Source: Eledone cirrhosa (lineage: Eukaryota). Taken from it: 64,000 nt of DNA. Shown here piece after piece: positions 41,689-56,116 of this stretch. The stretch lies in contig OZ024751.1 of the NCBI GenBank assembly GCA_964016885.1, forward strand, positions 23,684,001 through 23,748,000. Reading direction: 5' to 3'. The notes beneath the pieces are model-generated. The model saw only the letters and a program-made list of their open reading frames with translations. It made no database searches and was not told the DNA's origin. Within the stretch, counting starts at the first letter, position 1. Each line of letters begins with the position of its first letter. The translations under genes and the position numbers were made by a program.

Positions 41689-41948
41689 ACTGTGGCAACG
41701 TTGTCACCCTTATATTAATGTCTGAAAGCTGGTCACCATTAGTATAGTTCATGAATTTTGCTTCAAGCTTTGATTTAGATTGTATTTTCTAACAAGTCTC
41801 TCTTTGATTTCAGGTAGACGATTCTTCTGGTTACTATAAAACCTTGTATATCTGTAACAGAGACTCATTTCTTCAATAAGAACCTAAGAACTTGAAAACT
41901 ACTATTCCTGCAGATATTGTGACTGAAATATTCATCTCTCTCTCTCAT

Positions 41949-41986
<38 letters not shown>

Positions 41987-41996
41987 ACTCACTCTC

Positions 41997-42053
<57 letters not shown>

Positions 42054-42100
42054 TCATCCTGTGCATCGAATATTCATTTTGGTGCAGTAATTTACGGAAT

Positions 42101-42173
<73 letters not shown>

Positions 42174-42478
42174 CCACATCCACACACACACACATATATA
42201 TATATATATAATGAAGCACAACTTATTAAATGATAAAAAAGATGGACTATATAATATATTATTATAGAATCCTCGTATATGTTAACAATCAGTTCTTATT
42301 ATAACTTTTACTTGCGCCTATAACAGTGACCTAACACTTACTAAATGAAACACATAAAACTTTGACAAATTAATATTTATATTTATTAGAGAAAGTTAAT
42401 ATTTAATGGAGTGAATTTATATGTATCAGAGAAACATTAATACAAAAACTAAAATTGGCTCGTTTACAAATAGGAAAG

Positions 42479-43678
42479 ATGAAGATGTTGATAAACTATT
42501 TTGTTTTAATCCTGACAGCAACTCTATCGCTAGTAAATCTCAGTCCTACGCGGGAAGATGAAATTCAACTACATACTAACTTGTTATCCACTTATAACAA
42601 ACAAATAAGGCCTGTTTCGAATTTGAATGAATCTGTCGATATAGAGGTTCTGTTACTCCTTAAGAGACTCTATAATTACGATTTTGTAAATAACATATTA
42701 ATTGCACGATACTTGATTAGCTTTTACTGGAAAGATGAACTGCTGAAATGGAATCCAGAAGATTACCATAACCTCACACGTACATACTTACCGAAAGCTA
42801 AGGTATGGACACCAGGGGTCATAATGTGTAATTCAATGAAGGAATTAAACGATAAAGATATATATCCAGAGGTAGTAGTTTATAATGATGGGCTGATAGA
42901 AATGCCGACACAAAAATTAATAAAGACATATTGTGAAGCAGATGCTTACACCTACCCATTTGATAATCAGAAGTGTCAAATCACCATATGTGTCGCTGTG
43001 CAAGAACTTCGGCATACTAAATTTATTTCAATTAAGTGCCATTTTAATATAACGGATAAAAACTACCAATGGGGTATTAGGATGGATGGTCAAGTAGACC
43101 CAAAGAACGACATATACAGCTCCGTAACAGCTACGATGTTCTTACAACGTAAACTCACACTAGCTATTATGGCTATGCTAATTCCAGCTATAATGATGAC
43201 CCTTTTAACTACCTTTGTGTTTCTCCTGCCCCCTGAATCAGGAGAGAAAGTCTCTTTAGCAACAACGATATTTTTATCAAATGTCTTATACCTCGTTCAA
43301 ATAGATAAAACGATACCTAAAAACTCAAAATCCCCTTCACTTCTGATGTTGTATTTAATGTTGTTATCAATGTTCAGTGGAGTTGCCACACTTGGTTCAG
43401 TGGTTATCAGTAAATTGTATGTAAAGCAATCAGCCAAGGAAAAGAATTCATCGGCTTTAGATCAAAATAATACCAAACCTCAGGGTAACAAAATTGCTGA
43501 TGTTTCACTAATTTCCACAGCACAACCCTACCCCATCATGACACAGGAAAGGTCAAATTTAAAACAATGGTTCTCTGACTACGTACGACTGGATGATATA
43601 TTTCTAAAACTTAGCGTTGTAACATCAATAATAATTGCAATATTATTTGTACGCTTGTTGTTTACAGCTCCGGTTTAA
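42479..43678 (+). CDS. Chemotactile receptor (CRT-type), paralog 5, 399 aa
   Basis: First ATG 42479; Cys-loop [15 protein letters not shown]; GEK; intact. Confidence 0.93.
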   Translation: MKMLINYFVLILTATLSLVNLSPTREDEIQLHTNLLSTYNKQIRPVSNLNESVDIEVLLLLKRLYNYDFVNNILIARYLISFYWKDELLKWNPEDYHNLTRTYLPKAKVWTPGVIMCNSMKELNDKDIYPEVVVYNDGLIEMPTQKLIKTYCEADAYTYPFDNQKCQITICVAVQELRHTKFISIKCHFNITDKNYQWGIRMDGQVDPKNDIYSSVTATMFLQRKLTLAIMAMLIPAIMMTLLTTFVFLLPPESGEKVSLATTIFLSNVLYLVQIDKTIPKNSKSPSLLMLYLMLLSMFSGVATLGSVVISKLYVKQSAKEKNSSALDQNNTKPQGNKIADVSLISTAQPYPIMTQERSNLKQWFSDYVRLDDIFLKLSVVTSIIIAILFVRLLFTAPV

Positions 43679-43704
43679 GTAACTCTAAAATATTGAAAAA
43701 TATA

Positions 43705-44215
<511 letters not shown>

Positions 44216-44463
44216 TTTTAAATCAACTGCACTATCCACAAGTGTTTTTTAGCCTTCATATCATGTTCTCCTGTTTTATCTGATGAAAACACAAATATTA
44301 TTGCATGATGATGTTTGTTTTTGAAATGCGCATAATAAAATACATGGAACTCCTTTAACCATCTTTTGATCTTATATTATGTATACTCCAGTCCTACAAA
44401 CTGTAGAGTGCTTCTTATCCGATATCTGCATTGCTTTATTGTACTACAATAAAACTCACCTCC

Positions 44464-44498
<35 letters not shown>

Positions 44499-44511
44499 TA
44501 TATATATATAT

Positions 44512-44698
44512 AATTGTTTCTACTTTAGGCACAAGGCCAGCAATTACCCAGTGCATTACTGGTACTTTATTTTATCGACCCCGTAAGGATCAAAGGCAAA
44601 GTCAACCTCGGCGGGATTTGAACTCAGATCGTAAAGGGACGTAACTATGCTGGAAAGCATGGCGTCCGACCCTCTACCGATACTGCTAATCCACCGCC
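44512..44698 (-). mobile_element. tRNA-derived SINE
   Basis: Full-length reverse copy. Confidence 0.85.
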
Positions 44699-44772
44699 TT
44701 TATATATATAATATAGTACATATATATATATATATATAATATATATATATATATATGTACTATATTATATAG

Positions 44773-44960
44773 AGGGAGGTGGATTGGCAGTATCGGTAGA
44801 GAGTCGGACACCATGCTTTCCAGCATAGTTACGACCCTTTACAGTCTGAGTTCAAATCCCGCTGAGGTTTACTTTGCCTTTCATCCTTACGAGGTCGATA
44901 AAATAAAGTACCAGTAATACACTGATTAATTGCTGGCCTTGTGCCTAATGTAGAAACAAC
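44773..44960 (+). mobile_element. tRNA-derived SINE
   Basis: Full-length copy, paralog of 31376-31560. Confidence 0.85.
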
Positions 44961-45002
44961 TATATTATAGATATATATATAATATTATATACATAATATA
45001 TT

Positions 45003-45034
<32 letters not shown>

Positions 45035-45083
45035 ATATTTATATATATATATTTATAATATATTAGTTATATATATATTATAT

Positions 45084-45262
45084 ATCTATCTAAGGCGGGT
45101 AAAATTCCCGAGATCCATGGACGAGTTCTCTCCAGCGGTCTCTGTCCCTCATTATCGTTGCCATATCCTGCATCTCCAACAGACCAGTGTCTGTCGTTAG
45201 GGCATCAACATATGTTAACCTTGGTCTTCCTCTTCTAGTGTGTCCATGTAGGGGCTCCCAAA
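45084..45262 (-). mobile_element. 3' end of an RTE-like LINE (shorter + strand copy at ~50596-50712)
   Basis: WEPLHGHTRRGRPRLTYVD...MRDRDRWRELV, the RGRP...DR..WR C-terminal signature, followed by a TAGA tail. Absent from the paralogous site near 31690. Confidence 0.7.
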
Positions 45263-45378
45263 GTAATAATAATAATAATAATAACAATAATAATAATAAT
45301 AATAACACTTTAATCTGTTATTTTAATAAATATATTATATATATGTATTTTATATATATATATATATATAAATGTATA

Positions 45379-45410
<32 letters not shown>

Positions 45411-45443
45411 TGTTATACTTTGGGAGGGTCATGTTGCCAATAA

Positions 45444-45484
<41 letters not shown>

Positions 45485-45500
45485 TTTATAATATATAAAT

Positions 45501-45683
45501 AATTGTTTCTACATTAGGCACAACGCCAGCAATTTACCCAGTGCATTACTGGTACTTTATTTTATCGACCCCGTAAGGATGAAAGGCAGTTCAACCTCGG
45601 CGGGATTTGAACTCAGATCGTAAAGGGACGTAACTATGTTGGAAAGCATGGCCTCCGACCCTCTACCGATACTGCCAATCCAC
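45501..45683 (-). mobile_element. tRNA-derived SINE
   Basis: Paralog of 31898-32079. Confidence 0.85.
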
Positions 45684-46309
45684 ATATATATAATATATAT
45701 ATATATATATACATAATTTTATATATGTATATTATACATATAATATATATATGTATATATGATACATTATATATGATATATGATATATATATCAATTATA
45801 TATACGTTATATATAATTTGCTTAAAGTTTAATCTGTTCTTTTAATAAATATTTAATTTACTTGTTTTATACATATTTATATCTATATAATCCCTTCACT
45901 TTCACAATTATTCTTATTACTATATATATATCAATGGAAACTATATTTATGAAACCATATTTATTCTATTATATATATTTCAATGGTACCAGAACTAACG
46001 TACGTTCTCATCATATGAAATTCAAAGTTTGTTTCATAAATATATGACATACCCAGGAATGAACCCTTAACGGATCAAGTTTCGTCGTGATATAACCCAC
46101 CAGCACTCTACTATATTATATATATATATATAGTAATAATAATAATAATAACAATAATAACAATAATATTAACACTTTAATCTGTTATTTTAATAAATAT
46201 ATCATATTTATATATTTTATATATATATAAATATATAATATATATATATATATTATATATATTATAAATATATTATATGTATATAATATTATATATATAT
46301 ATATATGTA

Positions 46310-46377
<68 letters not shown>

Positions 46378-48636
46378 TATACATATAATATATTTATAAT
46401 ATATATAATATAGTAGAGCACTGGAGGGTTATATCCGTAGTTGTAGACCACTCACTCCATGGAACAAGATAAGTTCACTATATCGGATAGAGCTGACTAT
46501 CCGAATAAGGTGAAACATTTGTTCTCGGGATGGTGTACTTACTGTTGTGGAACTACCTATATAATATATATATATATATATTATTTTGGTTTGTCAATAA
46601 TTATAATAAATTTCGCGCCAGTTCGCGTTACAAAGTTCTGCAATATATGAGTGTTTGAATTTCTTTTTATTTAAAATTAAAGGGGCTCACGAAGGCCTTT
46701 TTTTTAATAAACGTAATTTGATTGCTTATAAATGAAATTATGGCTGTTACGTGAACAAGTTTTCATGAAATTTCGCGCCCGTATTTGGAAATTTATTCTG
46801 TAGCCTCTTTTAGAGAATTTTATGACAAGAAAAAGATAATGGTGAAGAGAAATGGGATGGAAGAATTGTTCTGGTTCAATGAATATGGTTAGTTCGCTGG
46901 GGTGATAGAATTCAGATTTTCTATTGAAATAAAGAAAGTAAAGATATGTATGTTTATTTGTGTGCTTGTGTATGTGTATGTGTGTGTGTGTGTGTGTGTT
47001 GTGTGTGTGTGTTTGAATTTCTTTTTACTTAAAAAAGGCCACAGAATAAATTTCCAAATACGGGCGCGAAATTTAATGGAAACTTGTTTACGTGACAGCT
47101 TAATTTCACTTATAACCAATCAAATTACGTTTATTAAAAAAATCTTTCGTGAGCCCCCTTTTTTTTTAAGTAAAAAGAAATTCAAAGTCTCATATATGAA
47201 AAAAAAACAACCTTAGCCCCCCCCACCCTTGTTTGAAGAACTTTGTAACGCAAACTGGCGCGAAATTTATTATAATTATTGAACAACCAATCAAATTACT
47301 TCTCTAAAAATCTGGCGTTTCGAGCCACTTCTTTCAATATAAAACAAGTAACATTCAAAGACCAACCAGATGTGAGAAAAACCACAGATCCTCCATCTCA
47401 ACTCTACGTTTGAAAAGCAGAAGAACTGCGAAAATGGTAAAGATATCTACAAACCACTCTCTCCTATTTCTCCAACCCCTGCATATCTTTCTCTCTCTCT
47501 CCCTCTCCCCTACTTTTCTCTCTTCCTTTTCTACTCTATCTTCTCCAACAACCCCACTTAAGGGTATTTACATTGTACATTTTAACCATTCTGCTTTGAG
47601 GATACAGTGGTCACAGCATTGGATATTTGAGTTCTGCAAATAGTTGTAAATTTGGACATAGCATAACTAGGCTGTAGTACCACCGTGGAAACATTTGTAA
47701 GCACACGGAATAAATTACCTTTTTATGATGTCTACCTGTTATTATTCATTCTTTATATATATATATATATATATATACTTATATCCAGATATATACATAT
47801 TTGATTACTCCGGTATGTTTGTTCAAGCCTTGTATAATAAAATTGTAATATTGTAATAATTATCTAAATAAAATATTTCAACAAAATATTATTTACTTTG
47901 TGTAATTTTATAACACACGTTTTATAACTCTATTCCATTAAGTTTGTTGTTCGATGCTCTACTGATTACAGCAATAAAGTAAATAGCAACATCTCTTTTC
48001 GTGTAGTGAGCAAGGAGGTGAGGGACATGATTCAGATTTGCTTCAAATTCTAAATGTTTGACGTGATTTTCATTGAATGAATAGAAGTATATAATTTGGT
48101 ATGTTGACAAATCAATATATAGTAAGAAATATTCCTACACTATCCTGAGATATGGTGTATATCTTCTCAAATAAAAGATGAATATAAATCGATCACATGC
48201 ATGGTCCAGTTAGTTCTGAGAGCCTCATATGGGTGCCGTATTCATATAGGATATTTCTAGGTCATGTTGAAAAGCTGGCTGAGCTCATCTCATACAGTCG
48301 ATTATTTACAGAGAATGAAAAAAGGTTGAGAGAAGAGAAGTGAGAAAATAAGGCACCGAGGAAGACTCGACCCCAGAACTTGACTGTTACTTTTTTTATC
48401 GACCTCAAATGGACGAAAGGCTAAGTTGCCCTCGGTGGGATTTGAATTCAGTAAGCTGAGAGCCGAAACGAATACCGCAGAGTATTCTTTCTAACGACTC
48501 AAAGTTTCAGAGTTTGTTTTGTCTGACCAAGTTACTCTCATGGAATAACCAAACTGGGATTATTTTTCTACAAATTGCCTAGAAAGAAACAATGTAGTTA
48601 TTAATAAGAAGAGTTGAAATTAATACATGCAAGAAT

Positions 48637-48709
<73 letters not shown>

Positions 48710-48802
48710 ATAACAATAAATTTGAAGACTAAAATCCAAACAACCAACATATACTCAATATATATATATACTCAATATGTATATATATATATATATATAT
48801 AC

Positions 48803-48898
<96 letters not shown>

Positions 48899-49736
48899 TG
48901 AGTATATGTTGGTTGTTTACAAACACCTCAGTATGCAGATTGGAGCACTCGACGAAGTACGCAGGTTGGTTTGTTTACTTTATGAAATCTGTAAAATTTG
49001 GCTTCGTTTATTATAAATTATAGATACACTGCTATATATATTTCTGTGACAGCCATTATTGGCTGTAACCGCTTCAGGCAGTCTGAATTAGTGTGGGAAA
49101 GACAAGTAGACAGTTGTTGAAGTGTGTTTTACTCCGTCAATACATCGATATGTTCAGCTCCTGGTTGTGATGTTATTCTCCTGAGGATCTGGAATCTTAT
49201 AGGGTAGAACAACCAAATTTCGGCATCATAGGACACGCTCGCATCCCATTGTTCAGTTATGAGAACATTCCTCAGTAATAAGTCTATAGAAATTTTTCTG
49301 AGGGGAGACAATCTGTTGTAGTTGTTTTTGTTTACGTACAGCTGACCTCCTCCATTGTGTTGGTAGTGGTAGTGGTGTTAAGGGGTCAGCTGGCAGGTTA
49401 GCATTAGTGTGCTGCTGCTATGTTCTGAAGAATTTGTGAGTGTAGGTTAGCATCTATCCTGCCACCTTTTCACGTGGTGGTGGTGGTGGGTGGGGCCAAA
49501 CAAATAAAAAAATAAATAATGCGTGTGTTACCAATGTCAAAATTTGAAAGATTTATATATATATATATAAAATGAGGTTTATTTTTCAATATATATATTG
49601 ACTATATACTATACATATATATAGTATATATATATATATAAATATATATATATATATGTATATATACTATATATACTATATATATATATATATAATATAT
49701 ATACTATATATAGATGTGTATGTATATATACTATAT

Positions 49737-49807
<71 letters not shown>

Positions 49808-50173
49808 TATACAAGGAAGTGTAAATATAGAAAACATCTTAAAAAATAAATTTAAAAAATTCACTGTACTTACTATATGTGCCCTTACCGCGGTTTCAAA
49901 TCCCAAACGAATAGATAATCCAAGCGGCTTTCCACGGAGAAAGAGATCATCGTCAGAAGGCATTTCTCTCTCGGAGAATATAAAATCCCCGAGTTAAAAT
50001 TACAAACTGGCGCCATTCCAAACTGCCTCAGAATAAGAGCAAATGAATGATAAAACAGTTTTGTCATGGTACCGTGTGCAAAGGCAAAAGCACGTTGGGC
50101 AGGTCAAGCCTGTACTGCTAAAAATAGCAGCCATTGAAACGACCAAAGGATTCTCTACCATTGGGGAGAATAA

Positions 50174-50360
50174 TAATTGTTTCTACTTTTGGCACAAGGC
50201 CAGAAAATACCCAGTGCATTACTGGTACTTTATTTTATCGACCCCGTAAGGATGAAAGGCAAAATTAACATCAGCGGGATTTGAACTCAGAATGGCAAGG
50301 GCCGTAACTCTATGCGTCAAAGCATGGCGTCCGACCCTCTACCGATACTGCCAATCCACT
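50174..50360 (-). mobile_element. tRNA-derived SINE
   Basis: Full-length reverse copy. Confidence 0.85.
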
Positions 50361-50556
50361 GCAATTTTTGTGGAGAATAATAATAAAAGTATGTGTTCCT
50401 ACATGTAATTAATACACACATGGACACAACGCCCTACATATCTATACATATACGATGTATGTATATCATCATCATTTTACGTCCACTTTTCACTGCTTGC
50501 TATATATAGTATGCATATATATATATATATTATATATAAAAAGTATATAGTATATG

Positions 50557-50590
<34 letters not shown>

Positions 50591-50865
50591 ATACCTAAGG
50601 ACAGACACTGGTCTGTTGGAGACGCAGGACATGGCAGCGATAATGAGGGACAGAGACCGCTGGAGAGAACTCGTCCATGGATCTCGGGAATTTTAGCCGC
50701 CTTAGATAGATATACCTATGTATATACTATATATACATACGTTTGCGTATGTATATATGTGTTTATGTATATGGATGATTATGTGTGTGTATTTAAGTAT
50801 GTTTATAAAGTTATATTAGAGACGAATAAACTTTTAAATAATGTATCTATCTATATATCTATATA

Positions 50866-51062
50866 TTAATTAGTATTTTCTGTGTGTGTTTGTGTGTGGT
50901 GTATGCGTGTTTATGATTAGTGCATGTGTGCTTATGTTTGGTGTATGTGTGGTTATGTATTTCTTGTGTATGCTTATGTGCGTTTATATCTGTTTGTGTT
51001 TCCTTTAAAGATGTTTATGTATCTTTATGTGTGTTTATGTTGACTTTATGTAGGTCTATGTA

Positions 51063-51149
<87 letters not shown>

Positions 51150-51264
51150 ACACATAGACATACATAAATCAACATAAATACACATACACCAAACATAAGC
51201 ACACATGCACTAATCATAAACACGCATACACCAAACACAAACACACATCGAAAATACTAATTAA
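50866..51264. repeat. Inverted repeat (~85 bp arms) around (TA)n
   Basis: 50866-50950 is the reverse complement of 51180-51264. Confidence 0.8.
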
Positions 51265-51786
51265 CACTGTAGGTTATTTAGTAGATTCGCAGGTAGATCG
51301 TTTATTGTAATTACATCTTTATTAATTATTCACAATCAGCTTTGAGAAGATCATTTAGTAGTAACAATGCAGGCTATAGTATATGAATGATTATTTGTAT
51401 CAATGTGGTTTAGTAATATATTTTTTTGCAATCAATATTTGCGAATTCCCCTGTCGGTATTAAAGTTAAGTCTTCATAAAGTATTATCAAAGACTCTAAT
51501 GCCTATCATGAGTAGAGTAGTTTTGTTATATTACGCTTACTCCAATCCATACAGTTATGTGCTCTAAAAATCTCATCACATACAATAGAAGGAGATATAC
51601 AGCCAATCTCTTTTATCTATATACCACACCTGGAAAGTACAATTAAACATATATATATATATATATATATATATACACCCAGAAACACACACAAAAAACA
51701 CCCCCATATATACATATAATCATATATTCACAATAACAGAAGAAAAAAATACACTTACACACACACACAAACACACACACGCACTC

Positions 51787-51943
<157 letters not shown>

Positions 51944-52439
51944 TATATATATTTACATACACACATATATTTTTATATTTATATTCACACTTACATAACA
52001 CAAAAAACACACACCTATAAACACACCTCCATATACACATATTCACACTTACATAAGACAAAAACACACTCTCACACATACAAACCCATACATATATATA
52101 TATACATATAAAATACATTTATAAAGAACGTGTCATATACATATATATTTCTGCAAGCTAAGCTTTCCCACAGAAGTGTTTAATATCTGCACCTATTTAT
52201 AATCGCTGTCTATGCTGGTTGAATATCAACATCAGATATATATTTAGAAAGTGTACGTTGCGCTAGTAAGGTAATTATTTCAATATATCTACATGGTCAG
52301 TGCATGAATTTTATAACTTACCGATATTATAACTAACTTCGTTAGTGTCTCCAGATTTAAAATTCTTAATAATGAGTGCATACAATTATATACGATATAT
52401 ATGCCCTGCGAAATTAAAAATGTATAATGTGTACGCCGT

Positions 52440-52463
52440 AACTTTTCAGCCGACCCTCGTGTA
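52440..52463 (-). mobile_element. Mariner-type TIR remnant (also ~21972-21995, ~35149-35172)
   Basis: Minus strand TACACGAGGGTCGGCTGAAAAGTT next to TA repeats. Confidence 0.45.
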
Positions 52464-52482
52464 TATATACATACATACATAC

Positions 52483-52537
<55 letters not shown>

Positions 52538-52710
52538 TAAACGGAATAGAAAATGCTGACAAATTGTTCACAGTTGAAAAATGGTTTACTTAGGAATAAA
52601 AGAGTATTAGTGATTGTATGGGTTAGTATTCAGTTGTGGTTTTAAGTTTTTAAAACTTAAAAACTTAAAACCACAACTATAATCACTTGTGTGTTACACC
52701 TCTATTCTTT

Positions 52711-52906
<196 letters not shown>

Positions 52907-53119
52907 TGAAAGGAATTCCAACTTTGTCTGATTTACTCGTTTTGTTTACAATCCTTTAAAATTATAATGATATAATGAAATAGTATGGTAGAATATTAAA
53001 TGTTAAGTGTTAATTGAACAAATACTTTCATGCTTTCGTAATCTTCAGGTTCATATTCAGTGGTGACAGTCAAGTTTGCAATTTTCAACTGTAATATATA
53101 TATATATATATATATATAC

Positions 53120-53255
<136 letters not shown>

Positions 53256-53429
53256 GTATATCCTTGTGGTTAGAGTGATGATCTGAAAACCATAAGGTTG
53301 TGGGTGATATTCCTGGATTGGGTGGTGAGTGGCCTTGACGTTGTAGTTGTGTGTTTGTGTACTTATGACACGCCTCCTAATCGAGATATGTGGTTTGGTT
53401 TCCTAACATTGATTTATTTGTCATTATGA

Positions 53430-53530
53430 CTAACAAATTATTCATTTCTTTCAGGTAGCTGCTTCTTCTAGTCAATATAAAGTGAAGGATTTGTCTGACA
53501 GCTATTCTTTTCTTCAATAACATCCAAGAA
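53430..53530 (+). promoter_or_regulatory. Diverged homolog of the conserved upstream block, 5' of CR gene 6
   Basis: CTAACAA...TTTCAGGTAG...TTCTTCT.GT...TATAAA...ACAGC...TTCTTCAATAA..CCAAGAA in the same order and spacing as 5208-5310. Confidence 0.6.
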
Positions 53531-54060
53531 TATCAAGTCTTCTGGTTCATGTGGATACTTTCATTTGAATTACAAAGCAGGAATTGTAGCCCATGGCTGG
53601 ATACATTTTCGGAAAAACAAGTTCATACATTAGAAAAGCTTTTAATTATGTCAATAAATAAACTACTGATATATCTAAATCTAATGGGATAAATAATATA
53701 TCAAAATATTACGACGTTTGAGATTGCACCACAGCTACGTTTTATTCTACTGTAAAGCTAAAAATTATACAAATTCACTGCTATCTGTATGATTTCAAAG
53801 CATGAGACTTTCCATAGCTTCTAGTGGAAATTAATGGATGAGGAATATAGATATTTCTATTCTATTGTATGATAAAACTCTAATTTGAATGTTATCGATC
53901 TACGCCTGTATTAATTTCTTATATTAATGTCAACAGATATAATATTCCTTTAAAAAAGTGACAAACAATTTAAGAAAACAATTCTTAACATAAGAATAAT
54001 TTGATATTTGTGAGAGAAAACAGCGATACAAAAAATAAAAAAAGGATATTCCCGTATAAC

Positions 54061-54155
54061 CATGACCAGTCCGAGCTGAAGATCCGCTAAGGTGAAACAA
54101 TTTTTCTCGGTATGGTGAACTAACTGTTGTGTTACCACTTCTATATATATATATA
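54061..54155 (+). mobile_element. Short hammerhead-like mini-element insertion flanked by a TATAAC direct repeat
   Basis: TATAAC at 54055-54060 and 54156-54161; homologous to 9761-9835. Confidence 0.65.
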
Positions 54156-54170
54156 TATAACTTACACATA

Positions 54171-55373
54171 ATGCTCTTAGTAGGCTATTTTGTTGTGATT
54201 TTGACTGCGTTTATATCGAGAGTAATTTCCAGTCCAAATTACAATGATGAAAAAATGGTGCAACATAATTTATTATATAACTATAGCAAATATATACGAC
54301 CTGTTGAAGATTTGAGTAAAAGTACTGATATATATAGTTCCTTGCTTCTTCACACGCTCTATGACTTGGACTTTGGAAATAGCCTTCTTATGGTGCATTA
54401 TTTATTGAGGCATGTTTGGATCGACGAACGGATGAAATGGAATCCAGAGGATTATAACAACATTTCAAATATATACCTACCAAAACATAGTATATGGACA
54501 CCAAGTATCCTAATGTGCAATGCAATGTTGGAATCAGACGTTGATGAGAATTTTAACCAAGTAAAGATTTCTAATAATGGATGGGTAGAAATGTGGTCAT
54601 TTAAATTATTACATACTTATTGTCAAGTCAACGCATACACTTATCCTTTTGATGAACATAAGTGCGAAATTTACATGTGTATCGCTATGTATGAACCTCA
54701 ACATACACGAATTAAAACTCTCCTTTTTACTAATCTAAATTATACAGAAAATTACAAATGGTATATCCACATAGATGGTGAAGTTAATGGCATTGACGCT
54801 TCCTCCAGCTACGCATTTGCCTCAATATTCTTACGACGTAAAGTCACAGTAGGTAATATAGCGATGTTGAGCCCCTTAATAATGATGACCGTTTTAGTTA
54901 TATTTGTGTTTATTCTACCTCCTGAATCAGGAGAGAAGGTTTCTCTGGCTGTGACAATATTTACATCAAACGTCTTGTACCTTGTTCAAATAGATAAGAC
55001 TCTGCCAACAAATTCAAAATACCCTTCACTCTTTATGCTGTATTTAATGTTGTTATCAATGTCAAGTGGATTCGCCACACTTGGTTCAGTGGTTATAAAT
55101 AAATTGTATGTAAACCAATCAGCTAAAGAAAAGAAATCAAAGGTCTTCGACCAACATAATGCCAAAACTCACGGTAATGAAATTGCGGATGTTTCAGTAA
55201 TTTCCACGCCACATCCTTATCCTGTAATGACACAGGAAAAGTCAATATTAAAACGATGGTTTTGTATCCCCGACTACGTAAAACTCGATGACATTTTTCT
55301 AAAATTTAGCGTTGTATTAGGAATAATAGTTTCAATATTATTTATGTCTGCCTTGTTTATACCTCTAGATTAG
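54171..55373 (+). CDS. Chemotactile receptor (CRT-type), paralog 6, 400 aa; M2 9' Thr
   Basis: First ATG 54171; Cys-loop CQVNAYTYPFDEHKC; [18 protein letters not shown]; four TM segments; intact. Confidence 0.93.
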   Translation: MLLVGYFVVILTAFISRVISSPNYNDEKMVQHNLLYNYSKYIRPVEDLSKSTDIYSSLLLHTLYDLDFGNSLLMVHYLLRHVWIDERMKWNPEDYNNISNIYLPKHSIWTPSILMCNAMLESDVDENFNQVKISNNGWVEMWSFKLLHTYCQVNAYTYPFDEHKCEIYMCIAMYEPQHTRIKTLLFTNLNYTENYKWYIHIDGEVNGIDASSSYAFASIFLRRKVTVGNIAMLSPLIMMTVLVIFVFILPPESGEKVSLAVTIFTSNVLYLVQIDKTLPTNSKYPSLFMLYLMLLSMSSGFATLGSVVINKLYVNQSAKEKKSKVFDQHNAKTHGNEIADVSVISTPHPYPVMTQEKSILKRWFCIPDYVKLDDIFLKFSVVLGIIVSILFMSALFIPLD

Positions 55374-56001
55374 AAAATTCCGCAATATTTAATTCTTTCC
55401 TTCGTTCTTCTTTTAATTTATATAGACATTATCTATTCTTCTGTAGTCATTCAAATATTTCCCTTAAAAGCCTTGGAGTTTGTATTGTTTAGGAGTTTCC
55501 AATAGAACTGAAATTATTTAAGTTCTACATAAGACCATGTTTAACATGCACTGAATTAGGAGTTTTGCTCCTATCACTATGTAACGAATTCGTCATTTAG
55601 AAAATGATTGTTCCCATCAATAAGTTGTTAGTAATAACGAAAATAGATTGCTTCTATTAGTTTGAAATCTGAGAGTTAATTAACTACACTACCAATAAAT
55701 ATTGCCATGTGATTTACATGGTGAGGTCATTGAAATCGTAATATATTATCCGGAGTCTAGAGAGCCTGCAAATTACCCAAGTACTGAAATAGATAAATAA
55801 AGGGTTTGAGGAGAATGATCACGAAGAACCTATGGAATATTTCTCTAGAAGGACGTATTATTATATAGAGAAATGTGCATCAATGCATTCTTAATACCTG
55901 ATGGAGTTACATATGAAATATGGTGGCTATTCAAAAATGACGAAGCTCATATATATATATATATATGTTATATATATATTTTATATATATATATGTTATG
56001 T

Positions 56002-56116
<115 letters not shown>

